Source: Vitrella brassicaformis CCMP3155 (Eukaryota; Protista; Chromerida). Taken from it: a stretch of DNA of 64,000 bases. Each line of letters opens with the position of its first letter. Position 1 is the first letter of the stretch. The DNA is taken from the NCBI GenBank assembly GCA_001179505.1, contig CDMY01000226.1, positions 96,211 to 160,210 on the forward strand, written 5' to 3'. Both the position numbers and the translations under genes were made by a program. This document shows positions 49,701-61,326 of this stretch, in pieces. A model generated the notes under the pieces. It was not told where the DNA came from and did not search any database. It was given only the letters and a program-made list of their open reading frames with translations.

Positions 49701-51570
49701 TCCACAGCTAGCTAATGCCTGTTTCCCTCTCTCCCATCTTATCTATCTGCCAAACCAAAGAACGGCAATTAAGACAGACCCCGCCCGCATGAAGGAAGGC
49801 ATGCATCAAAACAACCATAAACAAAAACCGGCCGAATTACACACAACAGAAACAAAACAATCAGCAGCAGCAGGTGAGAGAGAGAGTGAGTCTGACAGAG
49901 AGAACGATTCCGCAGTGTGTGTCATCGCGAGAGAGAGAGAAGGACCGACAGAGACAACGTAAAGCTAGAGAGGAAGTGTGTGTCTTCGGCTCGCGTGTGC
50001 GTCATCAATCAGGCAATCAGGCCGACAGAGCGAATTCTCGTTGTGTGTGCTACTTGTATAGAATCACCATTCAAGCAACGAGCAAGAAGCCGACACGGCC
50101 ATTCATTCAGCAGGCAGGCAGGCACGCAGGCAGGCAGAGAGAAGGATGAACCTTCTATGTGTTGACAAAGAGCAACCGACCACAACACGAACAGCCAGCC
50201 ACGCAACGTGACACCATACAGAAAATCGAACCAGACTCGCCTCGCCACGTCCAGTCCATCCAGGCAGATAACCACCACCGTCACAGACACAACACTCACT
50301 GGCTGACAGACATGTTCGTTTTTCAGGTCGGATTGGTTACTTGCACGTACGAGCCACGTTGTCATTCATCAGACCACATGTATCAATCAGATCACACAGG
50401 CAGGTTAGTGAACTGCTACTCGGGCCAAAAATAGCGACGACCGCTGGCAGGCTGTCGTCGGTCCGGTGCGTTCCGCCACCCACTCGTTCATCCATCCATC
50501 CATCGCCCGGCGCACGTCTCCCTCCCTCCCTTGTGTCATACATGTGCGATGTCACTCTTCGCTTCTGCATTCCGGGCGACGGAAACGAGCGGGGCGGGCA
50601 AACCAACAAGTCATCCGCCGCTGTCTGTCTGTCTGTCTGTCTGTCTGTCGTCCGCCGACAGTGGCCGGCCGTCAAGCGACAGGTGCAAAAAACGAAAAGC
50701 AGACAAGAAGAGAGAGACTTAATTGTGCATGCATGGCATCCATCGCCCGACGCACACACAACACAGACGAAAGCATGGATGGTAGTGGTCATTCATCAGC
50801 ACGGCAAGACACGACACGACACGAGAGAGCGATGGACGACGGACGGACGGATGGATGGACGGGTGGGTGGGTGACGGCACCACCAAAAAAAAAGACGAAA
50901 CGACAGTCTGAGGCATCCCACCGCTCCACGGAAGAAAATATGTGTTCATTCCTTCCACCCGCCACCCACCCGCAGCCATCCGTAAGCCCCGTCGCTCACC
51001 CATCCATCCACATACACGCATTTGCACACCCATAGGTGCAGCCCACAAGGAGCTCCCACTGCGAATCAGCATCGAAGCTAGCTGCCGCTCGATCGGCAAA
51101 CCGGCACGGGCAACCCACCCAATCATTCACCGCCCTTGTCCCGTGCAGCAAGCCAAGCCAGCGGGGCCACCCGTCCAATGGCACCCGGTGCTGGCGCTGG
51201 CTCGGCCAGTCAGTCGGTCAGTCAGTCAGTCGGTCGGTCGGTCGTTGGAAAATCAAACTCACCACGCATCTGCGTGCTGACACCTCAGACAGACAGGTAG
51301 AGGCACTCACAACAAATGAGGGATGCGATGCACTCCTGCGGCAGGCACACAGGCAGGTCGGTAGGTAGGCAGGCAGGCAGGGGGCAGCAAGCAGAGCAGT
51401 GGTGAGGCAGTCAGTCAGTCTGGTCGGTTGCTCACTCGATCATGTCACATGCGGCAGGGCGTATGGCCGACGTCACACCGCGTCACATCACATCACATCA
51501 CGACATGTGCACAAATGCATATGCAGCAGATCGCAAGCAGGGCAAACAGGGGGGGAGCGGAGTAAGTATG

Positions 51571-51602
<32 letters not shown>

Positions 51603-54600
51603 TAGCCAGACAGGCTGACAGACAGACAGCAATGTACGGGCAAACAGCCGATAAAGTCTTCTATTTATCGGTTTGTGGCCGGTATGAAAGACGGGCAGAG
51701 TGCGAAGGGGGGAGAGTAGGAGGGGGGAGGCGTCCAGAGCCCACCACGGCCTCCGGATGGTGGGCATCTGTCCGCCTGTCGTGCATATGATATATAAAAA
51801 TGCCACCGGTCGGTCGCTGTGGCCCTCGCCACGCACATCACATGTATGGTATAGGTGGATGGAAAGTGACTGTATAAAACACCAATGAGCGGCCCGCCTC
51901 CCTCCTGCAGGTCATGTCATGTCAGGGGTGCGTGTATGTGGGTGCACGTCCGTAGGGCCTACCATCCCACAGCAGTCGGCACTCAGAGAAATAGGCCACT
52001 CACTCACTCATCTCGCGGATGGAAAGGGAAGCAAGAGCAATGTGTGTGTACGTGTATGTGTATGTGTATGTGTGTATGGCACGTGTTTGAAGGTTAAAGA
52101 GCAAAAGATGTGGTGTGATTGATGCACGGACACTACATTTATGTATGGGTGGACCCTTGATATATGGCAAAGTACGACAGGGAGGGAGAGAGGCAGGGGA
52201 GCCTCACAGACAAGGCAAAGCAAGGCAAGACACCTAATACCCAGCTCACTCACGGCATTGCAATGGCGTGAAAGATACGCGCTTGGGCGGATGGTGGGTG
52301 GGGTGGATGGATGGATGTGCGTGTGTTGAGTATGTGCACCCACGTCTGTCTGGTGCAAGCAGGAACTCACTTAACAAATCCAGAAACCAAGCCAGAGAGC
52401 AAGCAGGTACGACGGCATCATCAAACCGCAGGGAGACAGACAGACAGACAGGCATCGCATCACATCACATTTCATCGCATCAGATGACAGACACCATAAC
52501 ACACACGACATCACATAGCATAGCATGACACACACAGGGGGACGGACAGCGGCGAGGGAGTGGGCACGGCACGACACACACAGACACACAGACATGCACA
52601 CACACATATACGTACGTCACAGGGGTTGGTTGGTGGGGTCAGCACGTAGGAAGGTAGGAAGGTAGCAAGGAAGGTACACGTACAGCGCGCGAGTGGCGAC
52701 ACGAAGCAAGCAGCAAGCGGCAAGTCCAAGTCCAAGTCAGTCGAGGTCGAAAAAGACGGAAGGCCAAGGCTGGTAAGGTTGTACGTACGCATCTACGTTA
52801 CGTATGCAGGCAAATCACTCACTGCTCGCTGGCTCCATGCCGTGCCGTGCCATGCCACCTCACTCACCTCATGCCACCTCAGTGTTCTCAACGGCTTTCC
52901 CGCGAAAAAGGAAGGAAGGGAGAGGGAAACACAGAGCCATATCCAGTGGACTGAGTGAACCAATGAGAGAGCGGCTGGGCTGGTCGCACACGCAGCGAGC
53001 GACCTGAACCGAGCGCCCGTATGAGCGAGTAAGGCTGTAAGTACGTACGATGAGACCGGCTGCGCTTGGTCTTTCCTGATTGAGTCAGGCCCATGATGTG
53101 ATGTGCGCCACAAACCATCCGTCCTTCCGTCCGTCCGCTGTGTATCTATATACCTCCCCTCCCTCCCTGCCTCCGTCCCTTGTCCCTTCCTCCTTCCTGT
53201 AGGTGACCACACCGCACTCACTCACATCCTTTCAAGAAAGGGTTTGTCAGTCTCCATGAAGCAGGCTGTCGACAAAATCGCACTCTCAAAGGAAGGTAAG
53301 AAGATAGCCACACAGGCAGGCAGGCAGGCAGCCACACACACACACACACACACACACACGGACGAGCAAGTAAGAAGTGGGAGACATTCATTGTGATATG
53401 AAGGGGTTCATCCATCCATCCATCTATTGCTTGCTCTCTCTCTCTCTCTCTCTCAGGCACATCGACATGGACAGGCAGGCGAGCACACATGGACATAGTG
53501 CATCCATGGCCGCATAGCGTAGGAGTGACTGAACCACACGACACACACAGACAGACACGGCACGCACCACATCACACCACATCACATCACTGCAGGAGGC
53601 AGGCACTTGATTGAAGGGACGGACGGAGAGCACAAGGAATATGACATTGGACACTATTGCTGGCACGCACACATGTCATTGATCATATCACATATCCCCC
53701 CCCTCCCTCCCTCCCGGCCAGCAGAGAGGGAGGGGAGGGGAGGACTGATGCACTCACTCACTCACGGCAAGCAAGGAAGGGCGGACGGACGGATGGAAAA
53801 AGGGAGGGAGGAGAGCACGAGAAAGACGAAAGCGCATAGATAGCACATACATACATATGCACACATCCCATCCCATCCACACAAGAGGGAGCACGAGAAA
53901 GCCACAGTCAAACCATCAGCTGTTTCGCTTCAATAAACACCAATCCGATCAGCCGGCCAGCCAGCCAGCCAGCCAGCAGTCTCGGCAGCCAGCCAGAGAG
54001 GTAGATAGATTGCCAGCCGGGGAGGGAGGGAGGACACACCACACCACACCACGCCACAAGACAAGACAAGACAACACGACACAGCACTTACGACATGCGA
54101 TCGACACACGCAGGGGGGGAAGAAGCCAGGAGGAGGTCACTCACGACAGACACACGGCACCACCGATCATATCATGCATGCCACGCGGCAAGGCAAGGCA
54201 AGGAGGCAAGCAAGCACCGACGTACTCGCCTATTGCACGAAAAAAGAAAAAGAAAGGCCCCACCAATCCATACACACTGACTGACTCACAGTGGGCGGGG
54301 CAGTGAGCGAGCAGGCGAGTGAGTGAGTTGCCAGACAGACAGACAGACAGACAGGCAGACAGACAGACCAGACGGGCAGGAAAGAATGCAGGCAGGCAGA
54401 GCCGCCCCGCCATGCACCCCACCCCCAGTATCTATCTATCTGTGGACAGACATCATTCAACCAACCAACCAACCAGCTACTGCGTCCATGCGTATGGTGC
54501 GATACGGTGCGATGCGGTGCGATGTGTGTGCGATTCGATTACAGGGAGGGTACATGTGACCAAGTGTCGCTCTCTTTCGTAGGTCGATGCACCCGCCCCG

Positions 54601-55785
54601 ACCCCACAATTCATTCCCCCCTTGATGCACACTTTCATGCCATGCACGTGGCGGGTGAGCGAGCCGGCAAGCGAGCGCTACGCGGCCTATCTACGACAAA
54701 AGGGCCGGGAAAACTAATGTAGCAACCCCACCGCGGACTCGCCCACCCACACACACAGACAGAGAGACACTCACTTAGACACACAGACGGGGAGTGGGGA
54801 CGGGCGGTGCTGCGTTCGCTGCCACGCTCAGACAAGGGGATAGCACACAGGCAGACAGGCAAGGCAGGCAGGCAGGCACAGGCAGATAGAGAGAAGGGCT
54901 CACTACGGTGGTGTCGTGCTCATGGGATATGATGGATGTGTGGTAACCAAAAGCCGGACGGACAGACAGGGAGACAGGCGGGTAGGTAGGTAGGGGTACT
55001 TACTTGCTTACTTACTTGCCGGCTGGCTGGCTGGCTGGCGTGTGTGCGTCGCCCTGACCAACGAGTGACGCTGACGCACTGCATGGGGGAGATAGATGTG
55101 TAGGCAGGCAGTGGGGAGTAAGTGAAGTGTCGGCAGGTGGGTGGGTGGGCGGGTGGGGATCAGTACTTACTGTCTGTCTTAGGAAGCGCTCATATGCTAT
55201 GGACTCACGAGCTCACGCATCGAATCGCATCTACTGACTGACTGACTGACTGCTGAGAGCGATATCCAATCCAGATAGAGAGATGGAGAGATACAGCTAG
55301 CTAGGCAACCACCACCTACTTGACCGTTCCACTCGTCCTTGTTTGTTCTTGTCTTCTCGCCTCGGCTCTCTATCCCCCCCTCCACCACACAGACATGCAG
55401 CCCTTCTCGCTTATCTATCGACACTCAGCCAGGTAGGCAGGTAGGCAGGCCATTCACCGTTCGTCCACTCAGTGGGTACACACAGACAGACTGTTCGTGT
55501 GGCTGGGCTGTGGGCGCTTAGAAAAAGGCGGGCGGAGGATGTGTGTGTGTGTGGATGGCTGGAAGGGACTGGTGAAAGCAAAACATGTGTGTGTGTGTGT
55601 GTGTGTCTGTGTGGCAGGTGGGTGAAAAAAGTGATTGCCTCATCTTATATATACAGACATCAGACGAGCACACGTGGATGGGATGCACACACACAGACAC
55701 ATCACAGACAGCTTTAACGTCACCGATCCACCCAACAAAAACAAAGGCGTTGCCCGTCTGTCTGTCACTCGGTCAGTCAGTCAAT
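46770..55785. repeat. 9-kb ORF-poor tract dense in simple repeats
   Basis: Seen directly. No credible long coding frame on either strand. Confidence 0.8.
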
Positions 55786-58001
55786 CTACCCATCCTCTCC
55801 CTCATTCCACCCACCTTGGTATCTACTTCTACTCCCCATAACTCTTCGGGGCAGCAGACAACAACTCTGCAAGAACCACACCCAAAACACACACATTTTT
55901 TGTGAGCGAATCCGCCCGCCTCTTTCTCTCTTGCTTTCCCTCCCTCCCTGACCGCTCTCGGTGGCTCTGTAGGGGCTCAGTTGTGGCATGGAACTTGCTA
56001 CCGCACTGACCCCCAGGGGGAACTGCCTGGTGAGAGCAGCTGGTGGTGTGGATGGGTACGGGACGGCCACTGCCACCGGCATGGGCACCCATGCAGTCCC
56101 GCAGTACCATCCAGTGTCGCCCCCGTCGGTCGCCGGCACCAGCATCGCCGGGTCCAGCGACGCTGCAGCCCGCAGCGACAGCCGCGGGGAGGGCGACGTG
56201 GGCAGCGAGTGTGAGTATGCTGGCGGTGGCGCTGGCGGGGGCAGCAGGGGGGGCTGTGGTCCCTGCAGTGGGTGGGGGAGTGGGTCGCTGGGTGTGGATG
56301 GGGGGTAAGGGTACGGCTGCATGGCGCAGGGCGACCCGTCGCTGGGGAAGTCGCGCCCATCGCTGCTCGTGGACGGGTACATCTCCGACGAGCTCGACAT
56401 TTGGATGGTCGACGGCTCCGACGGCAGCAGGCGGTGCCGCCCGGCCGGCCTCACCGGTCCCCCATTTCCGTGCATGCTCCACCGCCTCCCCTTGCCGCGG
56501 GGGAGCGGGGGCAGCAGCAGGTCGCGGGGCGACGAGTTGCCCGATCCTAAGGACGACAGCGGCTGCTTGGTCAGCACCAGGTTGGGCACCGACGACGCGG
56601 GCGAGGCTGTGCCAAACATGGTGGCCGGCGTGCTGGCGCTGTGCCCGAACGGCGATTTGTGGGGGCTGAGGTACTTGACGTCCTCTGTGGATGGCGGCTG
56701 CTTCGGCTTGGCGGGCTGCATCGGGGGACTCGGGGGCGGCGTGCAGATGCGCAGCTGCAGCTGCACAGGTGGCTTGTTGCGGGGTGCCGGTGGGAGAGGG
56801 GGCGCGTGCTTGGGCTGGGGCGTGTGTCTGCAGGTGACCTTGGCGCTGGCCGTGACTGGGGGTGGTGGTGTGGTTGCGCCGTCGCATGAGGATGAGCTGC
56901 TGCTGCACAGGGTGGACGTCGATGTGCTTTGGTCGCTGTTGACTTTGATGATGCGGCCGGAGAACGGAAAACCGGTCGGTAAAGCGTCATTCAACTCGGC
57001 CTCACCGTGGGCCCTGAACACAGACAGGACAGCCAGGCAGGCAGGCAGACACAAAAGATCGATCGATACAGCAAGCCAAATCAGTCCTGAGGGCGTGTGT
57101 CCAGCATACATACCATCTGCAGTCTCTGTTGATGCACTCTCCCTCCAGCCAGTCCTTGCAGACCGCCTTCTTCCGAAACACCCTGCACGACCCACAGTCA
57201 CACACGCAACACAGGAGGATGCATGCGCACATCCCTGCCCTTCGAAAAGGTATCGTCTGTCTGGCTGGTGTCTCTCACGATGTCGCTCGCAGCTCTTCCT
57301 TCGAGTGGGCGTACGTGCACTTGGGATTAGTGCACTTGCCCTCCTGTCACCATGCGGACAGACAGACAGACAGACAGACAGACAGAGAGGAAGCCGTAGT
57401 CATCAGGACAGACAGTCTCATCAATCAATTGTCAGACGGCCATCTGGGTGTTGCGGTGCAGTGTGCTCACCTTGAGTAGCACTGGGCAGAGTGACGTGGC
57501 GCTCAGGTCAGGAGGGCCCCTGCGATCCTCTGGCCCATGAGCAAACCTGATAGCACAGTGACAAAGGGGAAGAGAGAGAGAGAGAGAGGCATATCCACCA
57601 CGGTGCCGATCTCCCTCTCTTTCCCTGCCCATCTGCCTTTCTCCTCCCTCCCTCCCTCCCTCCCTCCCTCGAGAACCCCGGGTGGCTCACTGTGCCGATC
57701 TACTCTGATCTGTCCCCCCTCCCTGTCCTATTGACCACCCCGCCCCTCCACCCCTCACCCACCGGCAATTGGGCCCGAGCGTGCACTTGCCCAGTTTGTA
57801 CCAGCGACACAAGCTGCGCACAACCACAACCACAACCACACCCACGCGCACATCCATCCCGTCCCATCCCCACCATCATAGATCTGCCAGACAGACAAGG
57901 GAGCCAGAGCTGTCCGCCCACCTGGTCTTGTAGAACTGCATGTGGTACAGATTCCGAAAGCCTCCGCCTCCGCCACCCGCGTGCTGTACGTGTTGCGCCA
58001 T
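55786..58001 (-). CDS. Triple CCCH (C3H1) zinc-finger RNA-binding protein with long Pro/Ser-rich tail
   Basis: Spliced fingers: FYKTSLCRWYKLGKCTLGPNCRFAHG, SATSLCPVLLKEGKCTNPKCTYAHS and RKKAVCKDWLEGECINRDCRWAHG. This is the layout of the expanded alveolate C3H1 family. The exact 3' end is uncertain. Confidence 0.85.
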
Positions 58002-58559
58002 GTGTTTGCTCTTCGCTTCCGGCAGCAGTTGTTTGCTCTTCGCTTCCCATCCGCGAGCTTAAGAATACCGTGAAACCCTCAGAACCGTCTGTGTGAATCG
58101 GCGTTCTTTCTTCCATCGAAGATCGACTCGAGGGATCCATGTCTGCAAAAGGCGATGAACGACGGGTGCATTTCGACCCCATTTGCTCTTCACTTTGGCA
58201 TGCAGGACCCACTGCCGCAGAATTAGAGCGTCCTATGCCGCGACTGGCTGCCCCCGTATCGGTGGTTAGGGGGTAGCTCAGATCATTTCCGACAAAAGTA
58301 AAAAATAACCGCGCAGATGGTGTGATTCAATCGGGTGTAGTAACCGGGGGTCCACTCGCAAACGTCGAGAATCTCGACATGCAGGCCCCATTTCGCATGT
58401 GACCCCCACATAATGAAATTGCAGAGAAGCAGCCCACCCAGATTATGTGACACCAATGTGAACCGGCCTGGTGAGAGCCTCTCACACACCAAGCAGCAGC
58501 TCCCCGCTCGGTCACGTTCTTTCACAATTGGCACCCTTCCGACCGCACTCCGTTCTCAG

Positions 58560-58845
58560 CAACCAAAGCACCGCGCCGAACCGCACTAGGCGCATCCGAA
58601 CCGTCACTCAAAGGGCAGTCAATCCAGTCCAACATCATCAACTCACTCACTCTGGGTGGCGAGATATCCTTCACTCAATTCTGTATCACCAATACCAATC
58701 TGACCCACTGCTTTCTCTGCAGTGACTTGACCGACACAAAGCGCACCCGGTGCATCCGAACCGTCTCTCGAAGGGCTATCAATCCACTGGCATCATCATC
58801 ACCTCACTCACTCTGGGTGGCGAGATATCCTTCACTCAATTCGCG
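58560..58845. repeat. Diverged tandem duplication, unit about 160 bp
   Basis: GCATCCGAACCGTC...CTCACTCACTCTGGGTGGCGAGATATCCTTCACTCAATT occurs at about 58592-58680 and again at about 58752-58840. Confidence 0.8.
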
Positions 58846-58876
58846 TGAAACGCGGTTTGTAAACGATTGGTGTTGT

Positions 58877-60174
58877 TTCATTAGATCTGCGGCATGAATG
58901 GCGTTATCAAGGGCCGCACGCGCAATGAGGAGAGAGCCAACAACCATCAAGCTCCTCTCCCCTCTCACCTGCATGGCCGCGCTGTGGTCCGCCAGTGGGA
59001 CGGGCCGGAAGCCGCCGCTGTTGGAGCTGTTGCCGCAGAGCACCATCCTGCCAAGTTAGCCCGCATCCCTCTTGCCGTCGTGTTTGGGGGTGCTCGCTGC
59101 TTCCAGCTTCCGAGTGTCTATTCAGCGAGCGGGTCTTAGTGGAGAATGGAGATGTGAAGTGACGAGGTGGATTGGCTTGGTGGCGATGATCTTCGCTGTG
59201 GTTGAGTGAGAGTGACCGATGATAAAGATGTCAGTCGCTGTGAGCGTCCGTACACACACACTGATAATGGAAAGGACTGTCCGATGCTCAAACAAGCACG
59301 AAAGGGGGAAACGAAGCAACACACAGAGGTCAACCAGTCGGAATAAGGAAGGCGCAAGCGCAAGAAAAAGACAGAGAGACCGTTGCCGGTGGGCTGTCTT
59401 CAACGGTCTCTCCTCCCCTGTCTACTCCCGTCCTGTCTCCCCAACTTTACAAGACGCGACTAAGCTCGCAGGAGGGGCCTCGCAGCGTCTCATTCATATG
59501 CATCAGCACATACACATACACGAATCATACAGACCCAGAGGAGTGAAGGCAGACAGTGCACCCCCAGACAGTACCCAAAGTGCTCGTGCGCTGATGGAGT
59601 GACGAATCACCGGCGATGAGGGATCTTCCCTCCCTTCATCAGCGCAGCGATATACACCACAACATGCACGCAAGGCACCACCTTCCTCATGACAGACTCA
59701 TGATTGATGTGTCATTCCTTGCACCCTGCAACAGTCGGCAGCGTCGGCAAAGGATGGGACGAGATCTTGACCAACGCCGACCGAGCTGAGCAGGACACCT
59801 TTGCTGTCCTCAACGACTGCAGCAGCAGGATGCACTCCTTCCTCACCAAGAAGCGTCTTCCCGCCAACAACTACGTTTCTATTCTGCCCAAGACCACCAA
59901 GAGTGGCGGCATCCAGGAGCATGGGATGGTGCGGCGTGAGTCCATCTCCTGTTCACGTCGGATAGCCATCCAGACCATCGGCTGGATGGATGAGAAGATG
60001 CGCCCCAGCACCAGACACGGGCCGGTGGGTGGGGAGGGCGGTCTCCGAATCGAGCGGCGGGAGAGCAAATACCATCCGACTCCGCCCATGAGTGAGGATC
60101 GTTTCCGGGCGGTGTTCGGCCAGCAGGCCCAGGCTGGCGAGATCCCTGGGTGGGTGCTGTACAGCATCAGGGGG
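58877..60174 (+). pseudogene. Disrupted copy 1 of the lineage-specific gene at 60492-61271 (653-bp insertion plus 27-bp deletion)
   Basis: 58877-59080 matches 60475-60678, and 59734-60174 matches about 60675-61144 with a few substitutions. This copy lacks ACTTTCTGATAGACAAGAAGCGCCTCG and ends at an N gap. Confidence 0.75.
59081..59733. mobile_element. Solo-LTR-like insertion (TG...CA ends, 4-bp target-site duplication GTCG)
   Basis: Flanked by GTCG at 59077-59080 and 59734-59737. Ends are TGTTTGGGGGTGC...GCACCCTGCAACA (10/13 inverted match). The empty site with a single GTCG is at 60675-60678. No ORF of note. Confidence 0.8.
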
Positions 60175-60491
60175 NNNNNNNNNNNNNNNNNNNNNNNNNN
60201 NNNNNNNNNNNNNNNNNNNNNNNNNNNNNNNNNNNNNNNNNNNNNNNNNNNNNNNNNNNNNNNNNNNNNNNNNNNNNNNNNNNNNNNNNNNNNNNNNNNN
60301 NNNNNNNNNNNNNNNNNNNNNNNNNNNNNNNNNNNNNNNNNNNNNNNNNNNNNNNNNNNNNNNNNNNNNNNNNNNNNNNNNNNNNNNNNNNNNNNNNNNN
60401 NNNNNNNNNNNNNNNNNNNNNNNNNNNNNNNNNNNNNNNNNNNNNNNNNNNNNNNNNNNNNNNNNNNNNNNNNNTTCATTAGATCTGCGGC

Positions 60492-61271
60492 ATGAATGGC
60501 GTTATCAAGGGCCGCACGCGCAATGAGGAGAGAGCCAACAACCATCAAGCTCCTTTCCCCTCTCACCTGCATGGCCGCGCTGTGGTCCGCCAGTGGGACG
60601 GCCCGGAAGCCGCCGCTGTTGGAGCTGTTGCCGCAGAGCACCATCCTGCCAAGTTAGCCCGCATCCCTCTTGCCGTCGGCAGCGTCGACTTTCTGATAGA
60701 CAAGAAGCGCCTCGGCAAAGGATGGGACGAGATCTTGACCAATGCCGACCGAGCTGAGCAGGACACCTTTGCTGTCCTCAACGACTGCAGCAGCAGGATG
60801 CACTCCTTCCTCATCAAGAAGCGTCTTCCCGCCAACAACTACGTTTCTATTCTGCCTAAGACCACCAGGAGTGACGGCATCCAGGAGCATGGGATGGTGC
60901 GGCGTGAGTCCATCTCCTGTTCACGTCGGATAGCCATCCAGACCATCGGCTGGATGGATGAGAAGATGCGCCCCAGCACCAGACACGGGCCGGTGGGTGG
61001 GGAGGGCGGTCTCCGCATCGAGCGGCGGGAGAGCAAATACCATCCGACTCCGCCCATGAGTGAGGATCGTTTCCGGGCGGTGTTCGGCCAGCAGGCCCAG
61101 GCTGGCGAGATCCCTGGGTGGGTGCTGTACAGCATCAGGGGGGGGGGGATGGAGGGGGAGGACGCGTTGGCGGTGGTCGGCAGGCTGTTCGGCGCGGCGT
61201 GGATGGCGGATGGACGGGTGCGCAAAGTCCAAGGCGGGAGCTATTGCAAGGTGCATTCTCCGATGGAATAG
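60492..61271 (+). CDS. Lineage-specific hypothetical protein (copy 2, open frame; true 5' end may lie in the gap)
   Basis: 259-aa ORF containing HGMVRRES..SRRIAIQTIG...MSEDRF..VFG...GEIPG. No domain recognised. Confidence 0.5.
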   Translation: MNGVIKGRTRNEERANNHQAPFPSHLHGRAVVRQWDGPEAAAVGAVAAEHHPAKLARIPLAVGSVDFLIDKKRLGKGWDEILTNADRAEQDTFAVLNDCSSRMHSFLIKKRLPANNYVSILPKTTRSDGIQEHGMVRRESISCSRRIAIQTIGWMDEKMRPSTRHGPVGGEGGLRIERRESKYHPTPPMSEDRFRAVFGQQAQAGEIPGWVLYSIRGGGMEGEDALAVVGRLFGAAWMADGRVRKVQGGSYCKVHSPME

Positions 61272-61326
61272 AAGCACGGCATTCATGTGCGTGTTCAAAT
61301 GCATCTCTATCACATTTGCAACGTAC

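Noticed and set aside
46800-55700. Frequent TGCATG/CATGCA words resembling the apicomplexan ApiAP2 TGCATGC motif
   Set aside because: They are dispersed among simple repeats with no positional pattern, so I cannot separate them from compositional bias without genome-wide statistics.
57554-57560. CACAGTG, a perfect RSS heptamer a few kb from the RAG1-like gene
   Set aside because: It lies in an intron of the CCCH gene, has no nonamer at 12 or 23 bp, and has no partner end or TSD. A 7-mer is expected by chance in 64 kb.
58266-58282. GGGGGTAGCTCAG, resembling a tRNA 5' end
   Set aside because: No anticodon stem, T-loop (GTTCRA) or acceptor-stem complement follows.
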